A stretch of 64,000 nt of DNA, from positions 372,001-436,000 of the forward strand of contig OZ176058.1 in the NCBI GenBank assembly GCA_964247055.1, in the 5' to 3' direction. The position numbers were made by a program, and so were the translations under genes. A model generated the notes under the pieces. It was given only the letters and a program-made list of their open reading frames with translations, did no database searches and was not told the DNA's origin. Below, in pieces: positions 26,601-41,700 of the stretch. How positions within the stretch are numbered: the stretch's first letter is position 1; every line of letters starts with the position of its first letter. This DNA is from Paragordius varius (lineage: Eukaryota > Animalia > Nematomorpha).

Positions 26601-29600
26601 TTAAAAAATTAATTTTTAATTAAAAAAAAATTTTTAATTGAAATAATTATTTTTATTTATTTTTATTTAAAAAAAATAAATTTTTTTAAAAAAAATTAAA
26701 TTTTTAAATTAATTTTAAATTTTTTTTTGAAAATTCAAATTTATAAATTATTTTAAAAATTTGAATTTATATTAAAAATAATATATTAAAAATAAAAAAA
26801 TTATTATTTTAAAAATTATTTATTAAATTAAAAAAATTTTTTTTATAATTTTTTAAAACATATACTTTATAAAAAATATTTAATGATTAAAATTTAAAAA
26901 AAAATTTAAAAATATTTTTTTTATTTTTTATATTTATATTTTAAAAATATTTTTTTTAATTATTTAATTTAAATTTTTTTTAAAAAAAAATTAATTTTTA
27001 AATTAAATAATTTTTTAAATAAAATTAATTATTTTATTTTTTGAAAATATATTTTTATTAAAAATTATTATCAAATTTTATTAAATTAATATTTAATAAA
27101 AATATTAACTATATGAATATTTTAAAAACAGTTTAGTTATAAAAATATTTATATAAAAATATTTGGTTAATATTTAATTATATTTGAATCTAAAATTTTT
27201 TTTATATTTCTTAAATAAGTTTTTGTATAAATTTTTTTTAAAACATATATTTTAAAAACAAATATTTTTTTTAAAAAAATTAATATTTAAATAAAAATAT
27301 ATTATTTAAATATTTTATTTTTTTAAATAATTAAAAAATAAATATTTATTTTTTAGATTTAAAAATTTTGTTTGGAAGAAAACCTGTTGAATATCCTGAT
27401 AACTTAACTCTTAAAGGTAATTAATTTTATAATAAAAAAATAATTAAAAAATTAAATTTAAAAAAATTCAAATTATATTATATAAATATATTTATAAAAA
27501 TAATTTAAAATTTTTTATATTTATTCATAATTACTAGATTATTTTAATATAAATTATTTATATATATTTTTTTTTATAAAAATTATTTATATTAAATTTA
27601 AAAAAATAATATATTTAAAAGTAAATATTTTTTTATTAAAAATTTTAAAATAAAATATTTTATTTAAATATTTTAAAATATTAAATATTTTTAGTTTACT
27701 TATAATATTAATAAAATTTAATATTTTTATTTTCCATATTTTTTAGATTAAATATTTTTTTATATTTATATTTTAAAATATTTTTTAGATTAAATATTTT
27801 TTTATATTTATATTTTAAAATATTTTTTTAATTTTTAAAAAATATTATAAAATTAAATATATTTATTTATATTTTTTGAAATTATGTATAATATTAAATA
27901 GAAAATAATTTTTTTAAAAATATATTTTTTTATAAATAATTTTAAAATATAATATTTTCTATTTTTAATTTTAATTAAGTTATTTAAAATTAAATATTTT
28001 TATTATATTTATTAATAATAGAAATATTAATAAAATTATTTAAAATTAAATATTTTATATTTTATTTATTAATTAATTTATTTTTATTTTTTTAAATAAA
28101 ATTTTAAAATAAATTTTTTATTTTTAGATTTTAAAAATGTTATAGTTTTAATAAAAAAATATTTTTCTATTTAAATGTTTTAATTTTAATAAAATATATT
28201 TAATTTTTAAATATTTTTATTTTTTTATATTTTTTAGATTTATATTATTTCTTATTTATAATAAAAAATATTAATAAAATTTTTAATTAAACAAAATTAA
28301 TAAAATTATTTAAAATATAAAATAATTATAATATTTTTAAATATTTTATTTTTTAATATTAATAAAATTATAAAATATTTAAATATAATTATTTTTTAAT
28401 ATTTTTTATTTTTAGATTTATATTATTTCCTATTGGTGCCAACGTTCTGTTATGAATTAAATTTTCCAAAAACTCAAAGAATTAGAAAATTATTTTTATT
28501 CAAACGAATTATGGAAATGGTAAAATATTTTAATTTAAAAATATTTTTATTAAATTATTTAATTTTTATAAATTATTTTTTTTTTATTAAATATTTTTAT
28601 AAATATATAATTTTTTATTAATTTTGCTATAAATATATTTTAATTTTCAAATTTTTTTAAAACCTAAATTATTTATTTTTATATGAATATATTTAATTTT
28701 TTAAAAATAGATATATTTTATTTAAAATATATATTTTAAAATAAAATATATAATTTTTAATTTAAATATTTTATATTTTTTAATATATATTAATTTTAAT
28801 TATTTCAATAAATTAATTTTATAAAATATATCAATTAATTTGGTAACTACTGTGAAAATTGGAAAATTATTTTTATTCAAACAAATCATGGAAATGGTAT
28901 TTAAATTTATATTTTATTAATTTTAAAAATATTTAATTTTAATAATATTTAATTTTAAAAATATTTAATTTTAAAATAAAATATTTATTTAAGAATATTT
29001 GTGTTTTAATTAATTATTATATAAATATAAAAATATTTAATTTTTAATTAAATATATAAATATTTTAATAGTTCTTTAAGATATTTTTAAAATTTTTTGA
29101 ATTATTAATTTAAAATAATTTTTGTTAATATATTTTATGAATATATATTTTAAAAAAATATTTTATATAATTAAAATTTTTTTTTTAAATTATTTTAAAT
29201 TTTAAAAATTTATTTTTTTATAAGAAAATTAATTTTTTTTATTAAAATAGATATTTTTATTACAATAAATGCTTGGCCTAATAATTTTTTAAATTTTTTT
29301 AAAAAAATAAAATAATTACCAATTTTTATTAAAATAATAATCAACTTATTTAATTTAATATTTATTTCATAAAATATATTAAAAAATTATTTAAAAAATT
29401 AATTTATATAAAAAATATTTTTAATATTTTTAAAATAAAATAAATTATTTAAATTTAAAATATTTTTTTAAAATATAAAAAATATTAATTTTTTAAAAAA
29501 AGATATTTAATAAAAAATTAATTTTATAAAAAAATATAAATTTTAAAATAAAAAAAATTATTTTTAGATATTTTTATTACAATTAATGCTTGGCCTAATA

Positions 29601-30462
29601 CAACAATGGTTAATTTATATATATATTAAAATATACTAAAAAAAATTAATTATTTATATATTTTATATATATTGAAAAAATAATCAATATATTTTATTTT
29701 ATTATTTAAATTATTTTAATAAAAAAATAAATAAATAATTTAAAATTAATTTTTTTATTAATATAGATATTTTTAAATATATATTTCATAAATAAATATT
29801 AAAAATTTAAAAAAAATTATTTTTTTATAAATTATTTTATAAAAAATTTCAATATATTAAATTTTTTTTAAAAAAATAAAAATTAATTTTTTATTAAAAT
29901 AGATATTTTTATTACAATTAATGTTGGCCTAATACAACAATAGATAATATATATATATATATATATATATTATAAATGGAAAAATTATTTTATATAAAAA
30001 ATTTAATTAATTCATTTAAAATTTTAAAATATTTAATAAAAAATTAAATTAATTTAATTTTTTTAAAAAAATTTCTTTTCTTAATAAAAATTAATTAGAA
30101 TATTTAATTTTTTCAAAAATAAAAATTTTTTTTTATTAAATTTAGATATTTTTATTACAATTAATGCTTGGTCTAATACATATATATATATATATATATA
30201 TGAATTGAAAAATTAATTATTTAATATATTTTTAAAAAAATAAAATAAATTTTAATTAAAAATTTTTAATGAAAAAATTAATATTTTTGAAATTTTTTTA
30301 TTTTTTAAAAAATAAATTTTTTAATAAAAATTATTAATTTTTTTATTAATAAAAATAGATATTTTTATTACAATTATGTATATATTTAATATACGAAAAA
30401 ATTAATTAATTTATAAATATTTAAAATTTTTTTATAAAAAATATTTAAAATTTTTTAAAAAA

Positions 30463-30510
<48 letters not shown>

Positions 30511-31038
30511 AAAAAATAATTTAATTTTTTTAAAAAATTATTTATTGAATAAAAAAATTATTATATTTATTGAATAAAAAAATTATTATATTTAATTAAA
30601 AATTAAATTTTTAAAATTAAAAAAAAATTTATTTTTTTAATTAAAAATTAAATAAATTTACTTAATTTAATAAAATTTTAATAATTAAAATAATAAAAAA
30701 TTATTTTTTATAAAAATTAATTAATTTTAATTTTTTTATTAAAATAGATTTTTTTATTACAATTAATGCTTGGCCTTATACAACAATGGATAATTCCCAC
30801 CATTAATAATGCTTTGGCGCCATTCAGCTCCATGGATTATGCTAGAATGTTTGAAAGACTTTTGAAATTAGCAGTATTTTATTTTTTAGTAAAATTAAAA
30901 AATATTAAAAAAATATAGCAAAAATTATATATTTTTGATTAAAATTATTAGAAAAATCCTTTTTTTGAAAAAATTAGCTAAAAAAATGTTTTTTTCGAAA
31001 AAAAAAAAACTAAAAAATGAATTATTAAAACAATATGA

Positions 31039-31074
<36 letters not shown>

Positions 31075-32673
31075 AAAATAAATTTTTCAAAAAATTATTT
31101 AAAAAAATGGTTTTTTCAGGTGTTTTTTCCAAAAAAATATTAAAAAATGAAATAAATTGAAAAAAACCAGTAAAATATTGGATTTTTACATATTCACGAA
31201 CTCAAATTAGCAGTATTTAAAAAAAATTTTTTAGAAAAATTATTATATTATTAAAAATTATTTAAAAAATGTTTTTTTTAATTTTAATTAAAAATTGTTT
31301 TTATTTGAAAAAAGGGTAATGGACTTTAGGAATTACGGATTTTATATTTTTAAAAATTTTTTTAGAAAAAATATAGAAAAAATTAGCCTAAATAATGAAT
31401 TAAAATTTTTAAAAAACCGTAAAATATGGAATTTTACATTCAGTTCCATGGATTATGCTAGAATGTTTGAAAGACTTTTAAAATTAGCAGTATTTTATAT
31501 TTTAAGATTTTTTTTAGTAAATATTTTTAGAAAAATTAAATAAAATTATTAAAAAAATATTTAAAATTCTTAAAAAATATAGAAAAATTCCTTTTTTTTA
31601 AAAAAATTAGCTTAAAAATGTTTTTTTTTTGATAAAAAATAATAAAAAAATTAGCCTAAAAATGGTAAAGTAGCTTAAAAAATGTTTTTTTATCGAAAAA
31701 AATACTAAAAAATGAATTAAAATTGAAAAAATATAAATATTGTTCAAGTTATGCTAGAATGTTCAAAAGACTATTAAAATTAGCGGTATTTAAATTTTTT
31801 TTAATTTTTGGAAAAAATAAAAAAATTAAATATATGTTAAAAAATATATATTTGTTTTTAAAAAAAGTTTTTTTGATGTTTTTTTATTAAAAAAACTACA
31901 AAATATTGGATTTATGCTAGAATGTTTGAACGGCTCTTGAAGTTAGCGGTATATTTAGTTTTTGAAAATTTTAAAAATATTTTAAATTTTTTTTTGAATT
32001 TTTAAAATTATTAAATTATTTTAAAATAGTATAAAAAAATATATAAAAAATGGTTTTTTTTGAAAAAAAAATCATTTAAAAAAAGTTGGAGTTTTTTCTG
32101 TTGGATTGAATGTTTAATTGTAATTAACGGTTTTTAGTTTGAAATGAAAAATATGAAATTTTGATTTATATTATTATTTATAAAAAATATCATTATTATT
32201 AAATTTAAAACAATATTTCATAATTATTAAAATAATTTTTTTAAATAAATAAAAATATAAAATTATTTTATTCTATTATAAAAAATAATAAAATATTTTT
32301 TTAAAAGAATTAAAATATATAAAAAAATAAACTATTTATAAAACTTGTTAAAATATATAATTTTTTTATTTTAAATTTTTTTAATTTTTTAAAATATTTT
32401 TTTTTAATTTTTAATGATTTTTTTAGATTCCAAATCACCTGATCTGGTTGATATTTTTCTATTGGCTATTCCATTCCTGTTTTAAAAGCCTATTAAAAAA
32501 ATATTCTTAATTATTATAAAAAATTAATCCTGTATTTTTAAAAATAAAATAATAAATATTTAAGGTGGTAATGTTTTAAAAAAAACAATTTTTTTTTTAA
32601 AATCTATTTTTATAAAAAATTATTGAAAAATTTATAAATATTCAAAAATATATTGATAAAAAATAAATTAAAG

Positions 32674-32709
<36 letters not shown>

Positions 32710-35700
32710 TTTTATTCTTTAAAATTTATTTTTTTTGTAATTTTTTTTTATTAATTTTTTAAAATTTATTTTTTAGATTCCAAATCACCTGATCTGGTTA
32801 ATATTTTTCTATTGGCTATTCCATTCCTGTTTCAATGTTATCGCTGAGATTTTATATTTTGCTGATCGAAATTTTTATAATGATTGGTGGTAATATATTT
32901 ATTTTATTTTTTTGAAAAATTAAAAATTTATTTTTTAATATTTTATTTTAAAAATATTTTTATTAAAATATTTAATTAATTTAATTGAAAAAAAAATAAT
33001 TTTTTATTTAAATTTAAAAATAAAAAAGATTTTTTGTTTATATTAAAAAATATAAATTTAAGATTATTAGAATATCTTATAGTTTTTTTTAATTTAAAAA
33101 TTGAAATTTTCGATCATTTTTTAAAGTTTAAGATTTTTAAAGTGTTAATTTTTAAAATTAAAAATTTAAAATTTTTAGAATATTTTATAATTTTTAAATT
33201 TAATATTTTTAGAATGTTGTATATTTTTAAAATTCAAAATTCAAAATTTATAAAATTAATTAAGTATCATTTTAATATTAAGGGATCATTTTAAATTTTG
33301 TAAATTTTTATATATTTTATGATTTATTTAAATTTTAATTTTTTTAACTATTAGTTTGAGATTTTTATTTTATGATTTTTTTTAAATATAATATATATAC
33401 ATATATATATTTTATGATATTTTTATTAGTTTCAAAAATTAATACTAAAATATATTTTTATAGAGTTTTTAACTTTTTTTGTTAAAAAAATATTTTTTTG
33501 ATTCAAAAAATTATAAAGAAATATTTTTTTTTTAAAAAAATATAAAAGAATATTTTTAATTTAATTTAAAAGTTAAATAAAAATATTTAATATGGTTATT
33601 TTTACATTTAATTCAATAAAAAAGAAAATTATTTAATATGGTTAAATATAATCAAAAATTATTTTTTATTAATGAATATTTTAGTATTTTTCCATAGAAT
33701 TCAATAAAAATAAAGATGTTTTTTTTTAATATTTTAAAGAAATATATATATTTCAAACAATATAAATGATATTTTACTCAAAATATTATTGATTTATTTT
33801 AATTTTTTATACTTTTAAAATATTTTATTATTAACATGTCTTATTTCGTTAATCAATTAAAGCATATTAATTATCATTTTTTTATCGAAAAATAAAATAA
33901 TATTTTTTAGTATAATCAAAAAAATATTTTATTTAAAAAATTATATTGTTGATTTTATAATATTTGTAAAAAATTATAAAATATTTTTAAATATTTTTTA
34001 GTAATTAAATATTTTTTTTAATTATAGGAATGCAGAAACTATAAATGAATTTTGGCAAAGTTGGAATATACCTGTACACAGATGGTGTTCAAGGTGAGCG
34101 AAATATATATATATTTTTTTTTAACTTTTATAAAATTTATATCTATATTTAAAAGTTAGAGATTAAAGAAAGATTTATATAAAATATTTATTTTTATAGT
34201 AGATAAAAAATTTAATCAGAAATTATTTTAGATATAATTTCAAGCATTTTTGTTTCAACAAAAAAAACTAATGGCCTTTGTTGGCCCCTATCCTATTTAG
34301 ATATTTGTTAAAAAAATTTACGTTGTGAAATAATAGATTTGGGAATCTTAAAAAATATTGTTCGATAGGGAATTTGCAATTTTTCAAACTTGAACAATCA
34401 ATAAATTTTAATTTTTTTAAAAATCCTAAAAAAACCACGAATTACCTCAAAAGTTTTTAAAAGGTTTCATTATTTGAAATTGTGCACAAAAATATATGTT
34501 TGATACAGTAAAAATTGAAATAATACTATGGACAAAACGTAAAAATATAAAGACAAAATTTTTTTATAAAAGAACCACCATACTTTTTTTCCGATATAAT
34601 TGATTTATATTTATAATTACAAAATGTATTGTCCATACTTTGCAATATTTAACAATTATTTAAATTTAAATTAATCAAGATTTTTGTCATTTAGAAAAAG
34701 TATTTGTCTTTATATTTTTACGTTTTGTCCGGAGTATAATTACCGTTTTAACTGTAAATTTTGCAATCTTTAATATATATATACTATAAAAAATCGAGAG
34801 GCTTATAATTTTACAAATAAAATATATAACAATATAGTGAGTTATAATAAAAAATTTTGCGCTTTTCGAAATCGAAATATACCATTTACAATTCAAATTC
34901 ACCCTCGAATAATTCAAATTCACCTACAATTAAAATATGTGTTTTTTATATTAAAAATTACCTATATTTTTATATATTTTTGGAAAATAAAAATCATATT
35001 AATAATGAGTTAGATTAGTTGTTCGAAAACACATAATTTATTATTTTTAGGGTGAATTTGTTTTGTTCAAGGGTGAATTTAAACTGTTTGAGGTTTTGTT
35101 CGAGGGTGAATTTGAATTGTTCAAGGGTAAATTTGAATCGTTTCGGGGTGAATATGAACTGTAAATGGTATATTATCCATAATTTGAAATAACTTTTTTG
35201 AATGAATCCTAAGTCTTAAAACTAAAAGCAATACTTTTTATTATCTTGAAACATTTTTCTAACAGAGAATATGTATAGTGATTGATTCCATCTAAAATTA
35301 ATTTAATTTTAATTTATAGGTAAGGCTAAAATATGTTTATTAATATAAGTTTTATATATAATAATAAAAAGTGAAATTAAAAATTATATATATTAATTAT
35401 TGCATATATAAAAGCGCCATCTATATTATACGTAGAGCCAAATTAAGATTTGTTATTTTACTATTTGCAATTAAAAATACAGCAATTATATATGGAAGGA
35501 CAAAATGTAAAATAAATTATAAAGACATTTTTTTTATTCAAAAAAACAATCTCATAATAATAATTACTTAATTCAAATATTACGCATCGTGTTGTGGATT
35601 TGCAAAATTGAAATAATTTTCAATTATCATTTAAAAATGTAATTAAATTGTTTATATTAAAAAATTAAAGTTTAAAAAGTAAGGTTATCTTTTTAGAACA

Positions 35701-38700
35701 ATAAAATTGTTCTTTTTACGTTTTGTCCTAATGTATAGAATTTTAATTTTTACTATATATATATATATATATATATATACATACTTTTTATAATGTTATA
35801 TCATTAAAAAATGTAATTAAATTGTTTATATTAAAAAATTAAGGTTTAAAAACGTAATCCTTTTAGAACAATAAAATTGTTCTTTTTACGTTTTGTCCTC
35901 AGGTATAGAATTTTAATTTTTACTATATATATATATATATAAATAAATATACTTTTTAAATGCAATCTATTCCAAATTATAAAGTTATGGAGATGATTAA
36001 TTAATTAATTTATAAACTATTTTCTATAACAACAATATGAACAAAAAATTTATTATTCTTAATTAGTTAATGATTATTGATGCCAAAATATATCAATATA
36101 CATCAAATAATAATTTTAGAGTCAATATCAAAATAAAACATGATAAAAAAATTACTGTAAGCCAATATATGTATATTTTCTTTCTGGTATGAATTTATTT
36201 ATAGGAAAATAAAAAACTTGATATTCTTAAACAGATAATTAAAAAATTTAATTTAGATAGTCAAAATTAAACTATTTTTCCCAATAATAAACTAGATAGA
36301 TTAGTATTCAATGTTAATTTTACAGTAAAAATTAAAATTATACGGACAAAATGTAAGAATATAGAGATAACATTTTTTTTTCTAAAAGATATCATCATAC
36401 TTTTTGAAACTTGATTTACTCAAATATAAATAATCGTTTAGATTTGTTAATTATGGAAATGCAAGCATAAATATATTAAATAAATAAAGATTTTGCCTTT
36501 ATATTTTAACGTATTGTCCTCACGTATAATTTCAATCTTTATTGTATATAAAAACGATTAGGGTTGTGAAATAGGATAGTTTTCTATTGATTAAAAATTT
36601 TGTCTTAATATTTTAAGTTTCTCCGTATAATTTAAAATTTTAGTGTAAAAACAAATTGAAATGATAATCAAAATGTTTTTATGGGAAACATTTTATAATT
36701 CTTAAAAAATTATTTGGTTCTTTTAAATATTTACGTCATGTCCTCACGTATAATTTCAATTTTTACTGTAACTTACATGTCGATTCCTTTTTTTGCAAAA
36801 TATAACGATGAGTTTTTTTCTTCAAAAAAATCAATAGGGTTTAAGAAAGTAGATGGCTGATTTTTAATAAATATAATTCATACAAATATTTATATATATA
36901 AATATTAATTTCATCTGTGTTTGGTAGTTTTTAATAATGTAAAATTTAATGGGTTTCTCAATTTAATTTATTTATATATATATGCATTTTTTGCAACACA
37001 AAAAAAACGATGATAGTATTTAATTTTTTTTAATATATAGTCATTTGTCTCTTATAATTGCTACGTTTTATCTATTGATTATCAAATTTACTTATATATA
37101 TATTTCTATTTTTCTATTTATAACAATAATTTTAACTGTTTCTTAAGTTTTTTTACTATATAATTTATATTTTTACGTTTTGTCCTTTCGCGTATAATTT
37201 CAGTTTTTACTGTAATTTTATATTTGTTTCAAGTATTTTTTTACTATATAATTTATATTTTTATTGTAATTAATAAAAATAAATTTTGATAAAATTATTT
37301 TATTATATAATATATATTTTTACTGTAATAAAAATAAAAATTTTTCTATAATATTTTACTATATAATTTATATTTTTACTGTAATTAATAAAAATAAAAA
37401 CTTTTTTTTTTAATTTTATATAAATTTTCAGACATTTATATTTTTAAAAAATTTCGAAAAAATTATTTTACTATATAATTTTAATTTTTGCTGTAATTGA
37501 GAAAAAAAAATTTCGAAAAAAATATAATTTTATTATAATCATTTTTTGCAGACATTTATAACATATTTAATTTTATTGTAAAAAATAAATTTATTTAAAT
37601 TTATTTTAAATTTATTTAAATTTATTAAATTTTACTGTAAAAATTATTAAAAATTAATTTATTAAAATTTATTTAATTTTTTAAAACATATATAAATTTA
37701 TTTAATTTTACTGTAAATTTAATTATATTTTTTTAAAAAAAATAATTTTATTTAAAAAATATTAAAACATATATAAATTTATTTAATTCTTTTACTGTAA
37801 AAAATTATTATAAATTATTTATCAATTTTACTATGCTTTTTAAAATTATTATGAATTTAATTTTATTTAAAAAAAATAATTTTTTTAAAATAAATTTTCA
37901 GACATTTATATTTCCCACTTTTGGATTTGGGAGTTTCAAAGCTGGTCGCTTCAATCATAGTTTTTCTGGTCAGTGCTTTTTTCCATGAGGTTAATATTTT
38001 TTATTTTTAAAAAATATTTTTCGTAAAAATTATTTAATTTTTATTTTATCTTTAAATAAAAAAAACTTTTTTTAAAATATTATTTTATCTAAAAATTATT
38101 ATTTTATGATAAATATTTTTTGAAATATTAACTATTCTTTTTTTTATGATTTAAGATTAATTTTTTTATATTTAAATATATAAAAATACAATTCGAATTC
38201 ACTCTTCGATTCAAAATGACCCTTTAAAAATTAAATATGTGTTTTCAAACTCATCGTATAATTTGAAATCATGGATCATTTTTCAGTATTTTTTTAATTT
38301 TTGTCACAATTTTATTTTTTTTTAATTTTATAAATAAAGGTAATTTTTAATCTTAAAAAAAACATAATTTATTTAAGGTGTGAATTTGAATTGTTCAAGG
38401 GTAAATTTGAATTGATGATCTAATGTTCAGTACAATTTTTCGAAAAAAAACAAAAACAAAAAAAACTGTTATATAATAATTGATTCATGCGTTGTTTAAA
38501 AAAAGTTTTAGTCAAAAAATTAAATGTAAATTATATCTCTAAAAATTATTTTTTTTATTTAAATTAATATTTTGAAAGAAAATAAATTTTCCATTGAAAG
38601 TTGCGGTTAAAATACTTTTTATAAAATTCTATAATTAAAATTACTTTTTTTATATATATTTATATATATAAAAAAAATATACCATTTACAATTCAAATTT

Positions 38701-41700
38701 ACCCTCGAACAATTCGAATTCAACTTAATTTCAAATTTACCCTTCAATTCAAATTAACCCCCTAAAATAAATTATGTGTTTTTTAAGATATTTAGTATAA
38801 TTATTTTTTTGATATATATTTGAAAAATGAAATTTTGTCTAAAATAAATATAATACTGGAAAAATAATAATTTACATAAAAATATTTTTTTATTAATAAT
38901 GAGTTATTAGCTGCTCGAAAAAACACATAATTTATTTTTAGGGTGAATTTAATTGTTTTAAGGTGAATTTGAATTGTAAATGATATATATATAATATTTT
39001 AAATTCACCCCCTAAAATAAATTAGGTGTTTTTTTTAAATTAAAAATTACCTATATATTTTAATAGGTATTATTAAAAATATTTTGTTTTAAATTTAAAA
39101 AATACTGAAAAAATAATACACTTTGCCATAAAAATATATTTAATTATAATGATGAGTTATATTAAACCGAAATTTTATAATTTAGAGTGAATTTGAATTG
39201 TTCAAGGGTAAATTTGAATTGTTTAAAGGTGAATTTGAATTGTAAATTGGTATATATATAATATTTCAAATTCACCTCTTAAAATTAATTATATGTTTTA
39301 TAATATTAAAAAATACCTATTTATTTATATTTATAAATTTTCTAAAAAAAATTTGTCTAAAATTAATATAATACTGGAAAAATTATAAACTATGCGCCAT
39401 AAAGATATATTACATTTTAATGATGAGTTATATTAAAATAATTTATTTAGAGGGTGAATTTGAATTGTTAAGGGTGAATTTTTATTGTTCAAAGAGAGTG
39501 AATTTAAATTTATGAAAAATCTTTTGAGTTTCGATAAATTTTTTGCCCTAAGAAATACAATATCTCAAATATAAAATATTTATTGGTAATTATTAAATTT
39601 ATTTAAAAATAAAAATTAAAAAAATAAAATATGTAGAAAATTATTTATTTTATTTAATAGTATTTATTGAGTGTTCCACTTCATATGTTTCGACTCTGGG
39701 CTTTTTTTGGAATGCTTATGCAAGTTAGTTTTGTATTTTGTATTTTTTTAGAAATTTTTATATTTTTTAATGAAAAATGTAATTTTTAGTATTCAGTATA
39801 TATTTAATATATAGATATAAAATCTAAATATTGTAAATTATACTATGGAAGGCAAAACGTATAAATATAAAGACAAATTTTTTAAAAAACAATTCCTTAG
39901 TTTTTTAAACTTAAATTAATTCTTGTAAAATAATAATTAACAAGCCTAAAATATATAATTAATTATGTTACCAATATACATTTCAAATCTATAATTTGCA
40001 GTTAAATAATGAGTTATAATTTAAAAGGAATTTAAAAAGTATTGGGTTGTCTTTTGAAAAAAAGCATTTTTGTCTTTATATTTTTAATATGTCCATAGTA
40101 AAATTTCAATTTTTATTGTATATTTTTTGTAACTTATCAATGCTAACCTAAATCAATAATATTAAATAATTTATATTTTAAAATCATCAATTTAACATTA
40201 AACATTGTTTTTTGTTAATTTTGGCCCTTTTTATATATTGTTATCAATTATAGATCTGACTGGTTCTAAAGATATACAGTCAGTAATAATGCAAAATTAT
40301 CAAAAATTTAAACTCATATTTTTTTTATAAAGAAAACCAAATATTTTAACCCTTATATTTTTTGTGTGATTTATATTGCATTTATAATTGATTGTGTTTC
40401 CAATTTACATCAACTCTTAACCTTATATTTCAATTCAATTAAAAACGATACGTTTAATATTCTCAAGGGTTTAAAAAACTATGGTTTTTTTGCAAAAAAA
40501 ATTGTGTTTTAGTTTTGTTTTACATTCTTCTCTTTATTTTATTCTAATAAATTTTTTGAAACTTATAAAAAAATTACTCAATAAATTTTTTAAAAAAAAT
40601 AACTTAATTATTCAAATTTCCAAAAAAATTTAGTCTATTATTGAAATTAACTCTTTTTTGAAAAATTGAAAATTCCATTAATATTTATATAATTTAATAA
40701 TTTTAACTGTAATTTTTATTTTTACATTCGTTTCTTTTTTATTTTAATTTTTGGAAGTTTCAAAAAAAATTACTCTATTTTTGAATTTTTTAAAAAACAA
40801 ATTACTTAATTTTTGAAATTTACTCTTTTTCAAAATTAACCCGATTAATATATATATTATTAAATAATTTCAAATGTAATTATCAAAATAATTATATATT
40901 TTTATAATATTAATATTTATATAATATTAAATTTTAACTGTAATTTTTAAAAAAAAAATTTTTTTTTAAAAAAAGTTGTTTTATATTTTTACATTCAATA
41001 ATTTTTTAAAACTTCCAAAAAAATTCACTCTATTTTTGAAAAATTGACCCTTTTTATAAATTAATAATTATGTAATTAAATAATTTTAAATGTAATTTTT
41101 ATTTTTACATTTGTCTCTTTATATTATTTTAATCCATTTTTAAAACTTTCAAAAATTATTCACTCTGTATTTGAAATTTAAAAAAAATACTTAATTTTTA
41201 ATATAAACTCTTTTTCAAAATTATAAACGATTAATATTTATATAATTAAATAATTTTAACTGTAATTATCAAAAAAATTTTTTTTTAAAAAAAATAGGTC
41301 CTTTTGGCCTACGTTAAAAAAATTTTAAGTTCCAAAAAAAATTACTCTATTTTTGAAATTAACTCTTCGAAAAATTGAAAATTATATTAATATTTATTAT
41401 TAATAAAATATTTAAACTGTTATTTTTATGTTTACATTTGTCTCTTTATTTCATTTTAATAAATGCTTCAAAGTTCCAAAAAAAATCACTTTATTTTTTA
41501 AAAATTAATATTATTTATGTAATTAAATAATTTAACTGTAATTATCGAAAAAAAATTTTTTTTTAAAAAAATAGGTCACTTTAGCATACATCGTTATATT
41601 TCAATTCAATTAAAAACGATAGTTTAATAAATATTTTCAAGGATTCAAAAACTATTTTTTTATTTGCAAGTTTTAGTGTGTTTTTTTTGTCTCTTTATAT

